The notes: generated by a model not told the origin, from the sequence alone. A stretch of 64,000 nucleotides of DNA from Candidatus Moraniibacteriota bacterium (GCA_016699425.1 CP064975.1:526098-590097), one strand, 5' to 3'; positions 49,338 through 59,819 are shown, counted from the stretch's first letter. Numbers and translations: made by a program.

Positions 49338-50540
49338 GATACCGTTACCTTTTCAGTTGATGGAAAGTGTTGTTCTTGTTAGACTAGAGCCTCAAACCGG
49401 CTGTAAAGTTGACTTTAAGCCTTAAATTTCATTCAGCATGTCAAAAAAATGGTCACGTCACTGTCCCCGCTGCAGCAGTCGTGAGACGGTGAAGAATGGC
49501 TCCCAAGGCTACAGCCATCACTACCTGTGTCGTGCTTGTGAACATTCTTTTTCTCGTTACTTCGGGCATGATCCGAGACTGCTGTGGATCGAGCATATTG
49601 ATGGGGTACCGTTTCGTAAATTAGGAGATGAATATGGTCTCTCGGGAAAACAAGCCTTCGTGAGAGTTACAAGAGAATTAGCACAACTTCCTTCCAATGA
49701 CGCTCTGACGCAAACCCTCTGTGACCCGAGACGCTTCTCGGGCATCCTTGTCATGGATGGGAAGTATGTGGCGGTCAAAGGCTTTGCGAGAAAGATTCCT
49801 TTTCTCTACGGCATTGATTACTTGACCCACGATATTCCCTTCGGGGCTTTGTATACAGCGGAAGATGAGGTGTCCTTCTCACGTTTCTTCCATCAAGTGA
49901 AGCAACTTGGCTATGATCTTCAGATCGTGGTCGCCGATGACCGCTCTGGCCTGAAAAAGGCTCTCCTGAAGGTTTTTCCGTCGGCTCGGCTGCAGCTCTG
50001 CCACAACCACTACCTGGAGAATATCCGGGTGGCTTTACGGGTGCGGAGTGAAGAGCGATACCGGCCCTTCTTTTACGCTCTCAAGGAGAGCGTGTTTGGA
50101 GAACGAGAGGATGTGACGAACGCCATTCGATCTTTTGCCGCGAGCATCAAGAGAGAGAAACGTCTGCTCAAAACATCGTAAGTGAGATAGCGTACCGGCA
50201 GGAGGAACTCTTCAATTACTTGCTGCTGCCAGGCTGTCCCAACAACACCAATCTCATTGAACTCTACAATTCCCATCTCAATGGGAGGCTGAAGACGATC
50301 AAGGGTTTTCAGAGTTTTGCTTCGGCTCAGTGTTGGTTGAATGCGTGGATGATACGGAGGAGAACCAAGCCTTTTACAGATTGTGAAGCTAAATTTAAAT
50401 ATTTGAACGGTTACCCTTCACTCTCTTTGAGTATCAAAAAACAGGCTCGCTGGCCTGAGACATTAGTAAAACTAGGCGTAGAAGCAGTAAAACTTTTTGA
50501 AAAAAAGCGCCCTACTATCAACTGAAAAGGTAACGGTAAC
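49338..50540 (+). mobile_element. IS1-family insertion sequence, copy 1 (1203 bp)
   Basis: 24-bp terminal inverted repeats (GATACCGTTACCTTTTCAGTTGAT / GTTACCGTTACCTTTTCAGTTGAT on the reverse strand). The ORF 49438..50181 encodes an InsA-like zinc finger CPRCSSRETVKNGSQGYSHHYLCRACEHSF plus an InsB-like DDE region. It is frameshifted at A4 (50170-50173) from its C-terminal part, 50220..50525. Confidence 0.85.
49438..50525 (+). pseudogene. IS1-family transposase, copy 1, split by a single-base deletion in an A-run
   Basis: LLKTS* here versus LLKNIVSEIAYRQEELFNYLLLPGCPNN… in copy 2, which has A5. Confidence 0.75.
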
Positions 50541-51323
50541 TGGCTGTCTCCCCCAACATCTTGTGGATGAATCGCATGAAGTTCCACCAGAGACTGCCCT
50601 CCGGGAGTACTTCACCCGGATCTTCAGCTGCAGCTACGGCATTGAACATGGGATGAAGGTCATCACAGATCTCTCTTCCAACTTCGAACATCCACGGGAT
50701 ACCCGCTCGAACGACTGGATCTGATAGGCCCTTGTACCACATCGTCGCAGTTTCACATGCGACAGTCTTGGGCGACCAACACACATGACCCTGACAGGCA
50801 ACCTGCTTTTCTGTTGAGGGATTGAAGGCGAAGTGCGTTTGGATGAAGGCGACTGGGTTGGTGAAAGTGTTGGTGCAAGTACTATTTCCCTCGCACGGAG
50901 TCCTCCATTCTGAGTTTGCCATCATGCCCCAACCACTTTTCGCCATAGTGCGAAACGGTCCGTCATGAATGGCGAAATGCAAATGATCACCATAATCCCA
51001 GTGACCAATCTTTCCGATCGACACACCACCTTCTACTTCGGCGTACTTAGCTGGAAGGCTGCTACACTTGAGATGACCATACACAGCAGAAAACACCATG
51101 CTTTCGGTAGTTCTGTGCTCGATAACCAGGGCACAATTACCTACACCCCACTTTTTACCATCACCATCATCGTAGCTAATGTAGACTACTTTCCCATCCG
51201 CAATGGCATATGCATCTTTTCCAAGACCATGCATCATATCAACACCAACGTGGTAGAAGCCAGCAAAGTAGCTACCATATTTCGGTGCCCCGCCAGCTAA
51301 CCAACCTGCCCCAGGCTGAAAAT
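50541..51323 (-). pseudogene. Central M23 metallopeptidase segment of the IS-disrupted fusion gene, lying between the two IS copies
   Basis: HxxxD (YHVGVD) and HxH (GDHLHFAIHDG) M23 motifs. The tracked ORF 50518..51237 reads through the target duplication into the IS inverted repeat before stopping. Confidence 0.75.
51315..51323. repeat. 9-bp target-site duplication GCTGAAAAT (left) of IS copy 2
   Basis: An identical 9-mer sits at 52526..52534. Confidence 0.8.
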
Positions 51324-52525
51324 GATACCGTTACCTTTTCAGTTGATGGAAAGTGTTGTTCTTGTTAGACTAGAGCCTCAAACCGGCTGTAAAGTTGACT
51401 TTAAGCCTTAAATTTCATTCAGCATGTCAAAAAAAATGGTCACGTCACTGTCCCCGCTGCAGCAGTCGTGAGACGGTGAAGAATGGCTCCCAAGGCTACA
51501 GCCATCACTACCTGTGTCGTGCTTGTGAACATTCTTTTTCTCGTTACTTCGGGCATGATCCGAGACTGCTGTGGATCGAGCATATTGATGGGGTACCGTT
51601 TCGTAAATTAGGAGATGAATATGGTCTCTCGGGAAAACAAGCCTTCGTGAGAGTTACAAGAGAATTAGCACAACTTCCTTCCAATGACGCTCTGACGCAA
51701 ACCCTCTGTGACCCGAGACGCTTCTCGGGCATCCTTGTCATGGATGGGAAGTATGTGGCGGTCAAAGGCTTTGCGAGAAAGATTCCTTTTCTCTACGGCA
51801 TTGATTACTTGACCCACGATATTCCCTTCGGGGCTTTGTATACAGCGGAAGATGAGGTGTCCTTCTCACGTTTCTTCCATCAAGTGAAGCAACTTGGCTA
51901 TGATCTTCAGATCGTGGTCGCCGATGACCGCTCTGGCCTGAAAAAGGCTCTCCTGAAGGTTTTTCCGTCGGCTCGGCTGCAGCTCTGCCACAACCACTAC
52001 CTGGAGAATATCCGGGTGGCTTTACGGGTGCGGAGTGCAGAGCGAGACCGGCCCTTCTTTTACGCTCTCAAGGAGAGCGTGTTTGAGAACGAGAGGATGT
52101 GACGAACGCCATTCGATCTTTGCCGCGAGCATCAAGAGAGAGAAACGTCTGCTCAAAAACATCGTAAGTGAGATAGCGTACCGGCAGGAGGAACTCTTCA
52201 ATTACTTGCTGCTGCCAGGCTGTCCCAACAACACCAATCTCATTGAACTCTACAATTCCCATCTCAATGGGAGGCTGAAGACGATCAAGGGTTTTCAGAG
52301 TTTTGCTTCGGCTCAGTGTTGGTTGAATGCGTGGATGATACGGAGGAGAACCAAGCCTTTTACAGATTGTGAAGCTAAATTTAAATATTTGAACGGTTAC
52401 CCTTCACTCTCTTTGAGTATCAAAAACAGGCTCGCTGGCCTGAGACATTAGTAAAACTAGGCGTAGAAGCAGTAAAACTTTTTGAAAAAAAGCGCCCTAC
52501 TATCAACTGAAAAGGTAACGGTAAC
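51324..52525 (+). mobile_element. IS1-family insertion sequence, copy 2 (1202 bp)
   Basis: Same inverted repeats and ~99% identity to copy 1. The transposase is broken by two other 1-nt homopolymer deletions (GG>G near 52084, TTTT>TTT near 52121). It also carries E>A and Y>D substitutions. Confidence 0.85.
51424..52451 (+). pseudogene. IS1-family transposase, copy 2, disrupted by two frameshifts
   Basis: Tracked ORFs 51395..52102 and 52035..52451 overlap in different frames. Confidence 0.75.
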
Positions 52526-52643
52526 GCTGAAAATCTGCTTTGCCAGTCGGATAGAAGAACCCGGTTTCCGTCTGATCGAAGGCATATGCCGCATTCGCGG
52601 ATACGCACAGAACCAGGAGTATGAACCTCATTACTGCCTGCAT
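52526..52643 (-). pseudogene. 5' end (signal peptide, 39 codons) of the IS-disrupted M23 fusion gene
   Basis: GGAGAG RBS, then ATG at 52643: MQAVMRFILLVLCVSANAAYAFDQTETGFFYPTGKADFQ. It runs directly into the IS copy 2 target duplication. Confidence 0.65.
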
Positions 52644-52759
52644 GCTACTCTCCTTTCAGTGAGAGTTGAGTTGTGAAGGGACTGCGGGCGTAGAGATGAA
52701 AAATACCATCCTACAGAATTCACACATTGGGAAATATATGAATTCTGTAGAGCGCTATA

Positions 52760-53398
52760 CTACTTCAGCGTTCTAAAAGACAAAAGAAAACCGTTTAATA
52801 CATCTCTTTTCACTCCGATAGAACTTGAAATATACCAGCTTTGGGGAATATTTGATATATACCCTACATTATATTTATCGATAACTATAACTACGCTCTG
52901 TTCATCAACTGTTGAACGATAGATCTTAGATTTTTCCATTTTATCCAGCTCCAGAACCTCTCTTAATTCACCAATGTTCAAGCCATCGTTATCAGAAAGA
53001 TTAACTGTGATCACGATCTTATTCTTTAACCTCCCTGCGTAATAAGCTTCTTTTTGAATCTTTTCTAAACAAGCAACACTACGTTTTGAATTTGGATCAA
53101 GCGCAATACCCCCACAGAACCAATCTTTCGGAATCTTCACTTCAAATCCAACCTCCTCATTCCGATACGTCTGCCAATCGGAAGTATCAACGGGTGTGAA
53201 GGCATATTCACCATCAATGAGATCTTTGATACCCTCGGTCCCTTCAGTTTGTGTCGGCTGTTCAGCCTGAATAGGAGCTTCTTTCACCACCGGCTGATTG
53301 ACAGTCATGGGTGGGCGGTTTTGTAGGTACCAGAAAGCACCGGCGATAACGAGCAGGGCGATGAGGGTAATGGCGAGTAGGAGGGGTTTCTGATTCAT
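52760..53398 (-). CDS. Membrane-anchored hypothetical protein, AT-rich gene
   Basis: Start at MNQKPLLLAITLIALLVIAGAFW. GC content is ~38%, well below the surrounding sequence. Confidence 0.5.
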   Translation of the reverse strand: MNQKPLLLAITLIALLVIAGAFWYLQNRPPMTVNQPVVKEAPIQAEQPTQTEGTEGIKDLIDGEYAFTPVDTSDWQTYRNEEVGFEVKIPKDWFCGGIALDPNSKRSVACLEKIQKEAYYAGRLKNKIVITVNLSDNDGLNIGELREVLELDKMEKSKIYRSTVDEQSVVIVIDKYNVGYISNIPQSWYISSSIGVKRDVLNGFLLSFRTLK

Positions 53399-53877
53399 AG
53401 ATTTGAAGATTGAAAGTAGCAAAAATTGACTGAGACTGTCAAGCCCATGATACTCTGGGCACGAAATATGGTCGAGAGAATGAAAAACGGATCCCGAAGA
53501 GCAATGCCCTCGAGACCCTTCCTGCTTCCTCCTTTCTGCTGGCGACCTCGACCTTAGTAAGGTGTCGCCGCCTCACGCGCCTCGGCCGCCCGAAGTTCGG
53601 CATCGTGGGACAGTGTCCAAATTATCCCCACGATACATCCCACCAAGACCACGACGAGGATCAGTCCCGTGGCGACCATCGCCCACCGCTCCAGCCGACG
53701 AGCCGACCAAGATCTTCTCGGTTTATATTTCCTATCTCTCACGATTCCCCCCTTGGGAAAAAAGTTGCATCGAAAAACTAATTTCCAGTGCCTGAAATGA
53801 TAGCCGATTTTCACACCAAAGTCAATCCCACATTCGCGGCCTGCCAGCGGACGGTAAGAAAAGTAAAGAGATTATCA

Positions 53878-55074
53878 TCAATTTACCCCTTTGTAGAGCC
53901 GTAAAATAGTCTGATAGTACGCTTCCGGCCGGACATCGGCCACGCTCTCATATGCCCGCTTGGACAGAGTGACTGGATCAGGATATTCGATCAGTTTTCG
54001 GATTGCCCGGACGAGGTCCTCAGTGTTTCCCGGCTCGAACAAGAAACCATTTTCGCCTTCTTGGATGCGCTCCGGCACACCGCCGAGGTTTGAAGCAATC
54101 ACCGGGATACCTCGCGACAGGGCTTCGAGAACAACATAGGGCATGTTCTCGTACCAGATCGACGGGATCATAAGGGCGCTTGCTTCTCGGAGTGCCTGTT
54201 CCCACACCTCGCCTGTTTGATACCCGAGGAATTCGATGTTCGGAATTCCCTTGGCTTGTTCGCGGAGGAGCATTTCTTCTGGTCCAGTGCCGATGATTTT
54301 CAATGGTACCGCACCCAACAAGAGTCGGCTCGCCTCGATGAGCGTCGCCAACCCCTTTTCTTTCGACAGTCGGCCGATGAAGAGAAGGTACTTCCGGACG
54401 GCGGGTACTGGTGCGGTCGGAAATGGCTGAATCGGTTGGACGACATGGGTAATCGGATAAGGGAAACCGGCCGCATGAAATTTCTCGATGAGGAAGCGAC
54501 TCGGGGCGATATAGGCGTCAACGTTTCGATAGCTACCAATCATCGCATGAAACCATTTTTCCATCGCACAAACCAAACTCTTCAGATACGAATCCTGCAC
54601 CGCCCGATCAGTAATCGCCCTCAGTCCGCTCGTATGGTCCCAGATCCGACCCCGGACGAGCAGGCTATAATTGGGCGATATCAGTTTATAATCATGCAGT
54701 GTCATCACGATCCGCACGCCATGTTTCCGAAGTGTCCAAAGAATCGACGGCGAGAGCTGATGATAGGTATTGTGCAGATGGGCGACCTCCGGCTTGAATT
54801 CCTCGATGAGTGTGTCGAGCTTGGTCGCAGCCTCATGGTTCCAGAGGATACGCAACGCAGCCCGGAGTTTGGACCAGAGTCCGGCCGCCGCGTCATGATA
54901 ATCAACATTCGAGACAAAAAATCGGCTCCACGGCGTTTCAAAATTGTCCGGATGCTCCATGGCAAAGAAAGCGACCGAGTGACCGTTTTCTGCTAAAATA
55001 TGGGCAGTATCAAAATACGCTCGCTCTGCCCCGCCTTTTAGGTAGTGGAATTTGTTGATGAGGAGTACGCGCAT
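53878..55074 (-). CDS. GT4-family glycosyltransferase
   Basis: MRVLLINKFHYLKGGAERAY… and ENMPYVVLEALSRGIPVIASNLGG (EX7E motif). The tracked ORF's upstream TTG start at 55122 was not used. Confidence 0.8.
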   Translation of the reverse strand: MRVLLINKFHYLKGGAERAYFDTAHILAENGHSVAFFAMEHPDNFETPWSRFFVSNVDYHDAAAGLWSKLRAALRILWNHEAATKLDTLIEEFKPEVAHLHNTYHQLSPSILWTLRKHGVRIVMTLHDYKLISPNYSLLVRGRIWDHTSGLRAITDRAVQDSYLKSLVCAMEKWFHAMIGSYRNVDAYIAPSRFLIEKFHAAGFPYPITHVVQPIQPFPTAPVPAVRKYLLFIGRLSKEKGLATLIEASRLLLGAVPLKIIGTGPEEMLLREQAKGIPNIEFLGYQTGEVWEQALREASALMIPSIWYENMPYVVLEALSRGIPVIASNLGGVPERIQEGENGFLFEPGNTEDLVRAIRKLIEYPDPVTLSKRAYESVADVRPEAYYQTILRLYKGVN

Positions 55075-55113
55075 AATTACAGTATAGCGCTTTTCCTCCG
55101 CCTCCCAGAATCT

Positions 55114-55773
55114 ATGGCTCAATTGGTCGAAACCCTCGCTGGCACCATTTCGAAAAAAAGCCGCGCCCGGAAATGGGCGCAGTTTCTCGCACTCATGACT
55201 CCCGGACCCGCTGATCGCATCGTCGATGTCGGCGTGAACACGATCGAGTATTCGGAGTCCGACAATTATCTCGAGCGCCGCTACGCATATCCTGCGAATA
55301 TCACTGCTATTGGGGTCGAGACCGACTTCACAACGTTCAAAGAGCGCTACCCCGCTGTCACAGTCATCACGAGTGACGGCACCCGACTTCCCTTTTCAGA
55401 TGATGCGTTTGACATCGGCTATTCCAATGCCGTCATTGAGCATGTCGGCGACCGCGCCAAGCAACTCGCCTTCCTCCGTGAACTCTATCGCGTGGGGAAG
55501 CGGGGCTACCTCACCACCCCCAATCGACTCTTCCCCGTCGAAGTCCACACCCGCATCCCGCTCCTCCATATCCTCCTCCCAAAGTCGGCATTTGACCGCG
55601 TCGCGACTGCACTCGGCAAAGGCTGGGCCACCGGCGACTACATGCAGCTCCTCTCCCGTCACGAATTGTCCACCCTCGCCACCGAAGCTGGACTGCAGCA
55701 TTTTGAAATTATCCCGAACCGCTTTCTCGGTTTCACTATGACCTTCACCCTCATATGGAACAAACACGCTTGA
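55114..55773 (+). CDS. Class I SAM-dependent methyltransferase
   Basis: VDVGVNTIEY… and AFDIGYSNAVIEHVGD motifs. The start is uncertain; the tracked ORF begins at 55045, which overlaps the divergent GT4 start. Confidence 0.7.
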   Translation: MAQLVETLAGTISKKSRARKWAQFLALMTPGPADRIVDVGVNTIEYSESDNYLERRYAYPANITAIGVETDFTTFKERYPAVTVITSDGTRLPFSDDAFDIGYSNAVIEHVGDRAKQLAFLRELYRVGKRGYLTTPNRLFPVEVHTRIPLLHILLPKSAFDRVATALGKGWATGDYMQLLSRHELSTLATEAGLQHFEIIPNRFLGFTMTFTLIWNKHA

Positions 55774-57155
55774 CCCCGAGTCCCTCCGGACCGTCGCTCT
55801 GGACTGATCCCCGTGCCTACGTCATCACCGGCGGCGCCTTTTTCCTGATCGCGCTCTTGGCTGGATTTCTTGGCTTGTCCCTCCTCTGGCCCCTCATCGC
55901 CATCCTCGGTGTCATCGCCGTCATCGCTCTCTATCGCGCTCCCCTCTTCCTCCTCGCCGCTCTCATCGTGCTCCGGATGTCACTCGACTACTCGTCACAG
56001 TTCATCACCCTCACCCTCTTCGAGCAGACATTTTCGCTCTCACAACTCCTCGGCGTCGGCATCGCCCTCTTCGGCGTCCTCTTCATCGTTGTCCGTTGGT
56101 CGACACTCGGCCGCTACCCACTCACGCTCCCCTATGGTCTCATCATCGTCTGGGGACTCGGCACGCTCGCCTATTCGATCGCCCCGTCGATGTCCCTCCA
56201 AGAAGTCCTCCGTGTCTTCGATCTCTTCGTCGTCGGCTTCATCGCCTATGCCTCGATCGGACGCTATCGCGACTACCGGCTCCTCCTCATGGCGATCTTC
56301 GTCTCGAGCATTCTCCCCATCGTTTTCGGACTCGCGCAGTTCATCCTCGGGATTGGCCTCGCGGATGAAAGTGTCTCGGCCACCCGCATCTTCGGCACCT
56401 TCAGTCACCCCAATGTCTTCAGTCTCTACCTCTTCACCGTCGCCGCCGTCGCGAGCATGTACTTCCTCGTCTATGCCAGACAGGATCGCGCGCGCCTCCT
56501 GACCGGTGCCTACATCGCCCTCGTGCTCCTCACCCTCCTCCTCACCTATGCCCGGATCGCCTGGGTATCACTCTTCGTCTTCGTCTTTCTCGTTGCCATC
56601 TGGCGCTACCGATTCCTCCTCCTGCCACTCATCCTCCTCCCCCTCGTTCTCATGACCTTCGTCCCAGCTGTCAATGAACGCGTCACCGAAGCGCTCCACC
56701 CGACACCGGACTCATCCATCGTCTGGCGACAAAACCTCTGGCATGACATGCTCCTCAAAGCCAACCTCGAAGACCGGGTCCTCCTCGGGAGTGGCATGGA
56801 CACCTTCCGCGTCTCAGCCGAGGCACTGCGCGGAGAACGCTTCGGCTCCAATGAATCCCACAATGACTTCGTGAAGTTCTATATCGACGGCGGCATAGTC
56901 GGCCTCACCGTTTTCATTCTCGCTCTCCTCGCGTTCGCTTTCCCGGTGCACCGGGTGCGCCGCCTGACACCGAGTCACAGTCTGAAAAACATGGCGACTC
57001 TCCTCGCGCTCCTCATGGTGACACTCGTGATCGCGAGCCTCTCTGACAATGTTTTCAAGAACACGCCCGTCCAGTGGATCCTCGCGATCGTCACCGGCGG
57101 CTTCCTCGCCCTGTATCACGCGTCACTTCCGAGCGAGCTCTGCGATCAGTTGTAG
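55755..57155 (+). CDS. O-antigen ligase/polymerase-like (Wzy_C-type) polytopic membrane protein
   Basis: ~12 TM helices with a large loop (…YARIAWVSLFVFVFL…) typical of the family. Confidence 0.6.
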   Translation: MEQTRLTPSPSGPSLWTDPRAYVITGGAFFLIALLAGFLGLSLLWPLIAILGVIAVIALYRAPLFLLAALIVLRMSLDYSSQFITLTLFEQTFSLSQLLGVGIALFGVLFIVVRWSTLGRYPLTLPYGLIIVWGLGTLAYSIAPSMSLQEVLRVFDLFVVGFIAYASIGRYRDYRLLLMAIFVSSILPIVFGLAQFILGIGLADESVSATRIFGTFSHPNVFSLYLFTVAAVASMYFLVYARQDRARLLTGAYIALVLLTLLLTYARIAWVSLFVFVFLVAIWRYRFLLLPLILLPLVLMTFVPAVNERVTEALHPTPDSSIVWRQNLWHDMLLKANLEDRVLLGSGMDTFRVSAEALRGERFGSNESHNDFVKFYIDGGIVGLTVFILALLAFAFPVHRVRRLTPSHSLKNMATLLALLMVTLVIASLSDNVFKNTPVQWILAIVTGGFLALYHASLPSELCDQL

Positions 57156-57310
57156 TCATTTTTCGTAAACCGCCACACCGATTCTGGTAGCTTGAGCGAC
57201 AGCGTTCGTGAGTAGAAAATATAATTGGTGTTGCGGTAAAAAAATCGGGTCCCGTCCAGATGCATCGCATCCTTCAGGGACCCTTGTGGATCAGTCGCGG
57301 GCGTTGCCGT

Positions 57311-58066
57311 TTATCGAGCGTTGCCAAGGAGAGACCGCGGTGAGATTACGGTCACGAATTGACCGGCCGTATCGCCGATCCAGTCGCTGAGCCAAGCCTC
57401 ACAGTGGTTCATACCCTGACAGTCCTCGGCCCAAGGAAGCGGTGGACTATCGCGACCCTTCCAGTAGTCCATGGCGAGTTGCAATCGTGCATCGCCGGTC
57501 ACTCGGACTTCCGCTCGGATACCGTAGACATGACCTGCAACTGCCGGAATCCTGTCGGTCCACATGTGCAGGATATGCTCCGGAATCGATTTCAGATCAA
57601 TCAGGAAGCCAGATCTACGCATGGCTACGATCGTCGGTTGTCGTTCGGGTTGACCCGAGATGAACCATTCCGGTAATCGTTTCCACTGCCCGCCACCCGC
57701 GAACGACGAACCACCATTCCCATCAAAACGGATCGAAAACTCGGTGATGAGTTTGCCGGTTGCGTGGTCCAAACGCACGATGTCAAACTCTTTGATCTCG
57801 ATCGTCGCCGGACGACTGCGATCACACGGATAGACCGTGACCGCATTCCACATCCCGAGCAGGTGATCGAAACCACGATTCGCCATCTTTGCTGCAGGAC
57901 GATATTCGTCCTTGATGGTTTCCTCAGGGAACATCGCAATACCCGTCTCTCCTGCCTGCGGGACAGCACGTTCGGGCAAGCCAGGCGCGCACGGTTGCGC
58001 CCAAGCAATTCCTGATACGAGGAGCATGAGCGCTCCGAGGAGTCTTTGCAACATGTGTTCCTCCAT
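57311..58066 (-). CDS. Secreted hypothetical protein
   Basis: Signal peptide MLQRLLGALMLLVSGIAWAQP. Confidence 0.55.
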   Translation of the reverse strand: MEEHMLQRLLGALMLLVSGIAWAQPCAPGLPERAVPQAGETGIAMFPEETIKDEYRPAAKMANRGFDHLLGMWNAVTVYPCDRSRPATIEIKEFDIVRLDHATGKLITEFSIRFDGNGGSSFAGGGQWKRLPEWFISGQPERQPTIVAMRRSGFLIDLKSIPEHILHMWTDRIPAVAGHVYGIRAEVRVTGDARLQLAMDYWKGRDSPPLPWAEDCQGMNHCEAWLSDWIGDTAGQFVTVISPRSLLGNAR

Positions 58067-58068
58067 TC

Positions 58069-58623
58069 TCAGTCGGAAAACTGGCCACTGGCTTCGGCAG
58101 CTGTCATGAGCACAGCCTTACCGTTCATGGTCCAGCGAATCGGGATGGCACGGTCGGGCTGACCGTTCGCTCGGATGAACTCCACCGAACCGGACGGCTT
58201 GTCAGGCCACACCTTGATCACCCCGTCGGCATCAACCCCGATCGGGATATAGCCGATGACGGCACCCTTCGACTCATAGCGCTTGGCCTCGAGGCGAATT
58301 GGCACGGTCACCTTATCGCCTACGATTTTGGCACAGCCAACTTTCTCGATATTCACCTTGGCCGCCGTTCCATGCCAGTTACCATGTCCCAGGCCGATGA
58401 GACAATAGGACAGGTTGCTGTTGAGTTGGACACCAGTGATGGCAATCTCGGCCTGGCCGGCCGCCTTGGAGACGAAATTCTCTATGGCTGGGCAGCTACT
58501 GTAGCCAGCCACCGTCTGAGCCCGGGCCGCCGAAGTGACAGACCAGAGCAGTGCGCCGATGAAAAGCAGCATGGCTACTGCAATGAAGTGACTGATGGGA
58601 AACGTTTGCGACTTGGATTGCAT
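58069..58623 (-). CDS. Secreted hypothetical protein
   Basis: Signal peptide ending …SAARAQT. 3 nt downstream of the previous gene. Confidence 0.55.
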   Translation of the reverse strand: MQSKSQTFPISHFIAVAMLLFIGALLWSVTSAARAQTVAGYSSCPAIENFVSKAAGQAEIAITGVQLNSNLSYCLIGLGHGNWHGTAAKVNIEKVGCAKIVGDKVTVPIRLEAKRYESKGAVIGYIPIGVDADGVIKVWPDKPSGSVEFIRANGQPDRAIPIRWTMNGKAVLMTAAEASGQFSD

Positions 58624-58873
58624 TGCAATCTCCTTTCAGTTGGTAGTGGACTTGAAAAACCCGCCAATGCTGGGTTTATTCACGCCCAGAATTGACTAAG
58701 TAATCTACTATACTATTCTATTTCTGTCAAGGATTTTTCCTTATGTGGTTTCGGATCTCTCCGCCATCACGGCGAATCCCCCCTATATCTAAAAAATAAG
58801 CAAAAAAAAGCCCTCGCAGAACGTAACTTCCGTTCTTTGAGAGCTGAATCTGCCCGATGGGCAGGGAGAGATG

Positions 58874-59584
58874 TCACTTGGCCGCAGTAGCGACCGGTTT
58901 TTCGGCATCGGCCGGCGGCAGGACGATCTTGGCCAGGTCCGTCCGCATCGCTGGCGTGACGGGCACGATATTGCCGGTGCCATCATAGCAGATGACTGTC
59001 GCAGGGAACCGCTGATCGTTGTTGGCGAGCACCATGTAGTCCCCGATACCCGACGATGAATTGTCGGTTGCCCAGCCCGGATGCCCGAGCCACGCACGAT
59101 TGCCATCTGCCTTGGCAAGCAGGAAGTTGACTGGCTGACAGTCGTACTTCACGCCGGCACTAGCCTTGCGACTGGGGAAGGTAAAGACGACTTCGTCTGT
59201 GCCGATGGGAGCTTTGGCCAAAATGACCAAGCCATTGTCGGCGGTGAGATTAACGGACGCTGCCGTCTTTCCGCCGCGCCAGTCATTGCCGAGTTTCAGG
59301 ACATAGACAGTCCCGCCCTTGAAATACTCGGGGTTGGCACCGTGCCACGCCTGACGCTTGCCAGGTTCCAGCCGCTTACTGCCGGCCTCGCCGTAGGCGT
59401 AGAGGTTCGCCAGCGACAGCTTGGTTGTACCGCCATCGGAGACAAGCGTCATGCGGGTGTCACCACCAGGAAGTACCTTGCCAACGGCATCGGTATAGCC
59501 TGCAACTGCGAGGTCGCCGGCAAGCGCGACGGGGGTTGCCAGGGCGATGAACGTCCCGAAGAGTTGCTTCATGAGTTTCTTCAT
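58874..59584 (-). CDS. Secreted hypothetical protein
   Basis: Signal peptide MKKLMKQLFGTFIALATPVALAGD. Confidence 0.55.
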   Translation of the reverse strand: MKKLMKQLFGTFIALATPVALAGDLAVAGYTDAVGKVLPGGDTRMTLVSDGGTTKLSLANLYAYGEAGSKRLEPGKRQAWHGANPEYFKGGTVYVLKLGNDWRGGKTAASVNLTADNGLVILAKAPIGTDEVVFTFPSRKASAGVKYDCQPVNFLLAKADGNRAWLGHPGWATDNSSSGIGDYMVLANNDQRFPATVICYDGTGNIVPVTPAMRTDLAKIVLPPADAEKPVATAAK

Positions 59585-59819
59585 GCTGTGGCCCCTCCTT
59601 GGAGCCGTTGTGTTGCGTTGTTAAGGTTCGTCATTTCCCTGCCGGGAAATGCCGGCAGAAAGATGACACTCCATCCTAACGGTAAATCACTTCTTTGTCA
59701 ATGCCTGAATTGTGACTTTAACAAGCCGCGAATACAGTAGTTTCCAAATAAGCAAAAGGGGCAGGATCGAATATGATCGACCCTGCCCCTGCGGAGAATT
59801 TTCCCCGACTATATGCTAC

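Noticed and set aside
51395-51423. TTG-initiated N-terminal extension (MTLSLKFHSAC) of the transposase ORF in IS copy 2
   Set aside because: It is caused by one extra A in the A7/A8 run relative to copy 1. The ATG homologous to the copy-1 start (51424) is the likely start.
49338-52525. Interpretation of the two IS copies as a composite transposon or as CRISPR-like repeats
   Set aside because: Each copy has its own distinct 9-bp target duplication, so they inserted independently. The 783-bp segment between them is part of the disrupted host gene. No short regular repeat-spacer structure exists.
58780-58830. Possible minus-strand terminator after gene 58874..59584
   Set aside because: The hairpin (AGAACG…CGTTCT) is separated from the T-run by 9 nt (GCGAGGGC). 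This is too irregular to call confidently.
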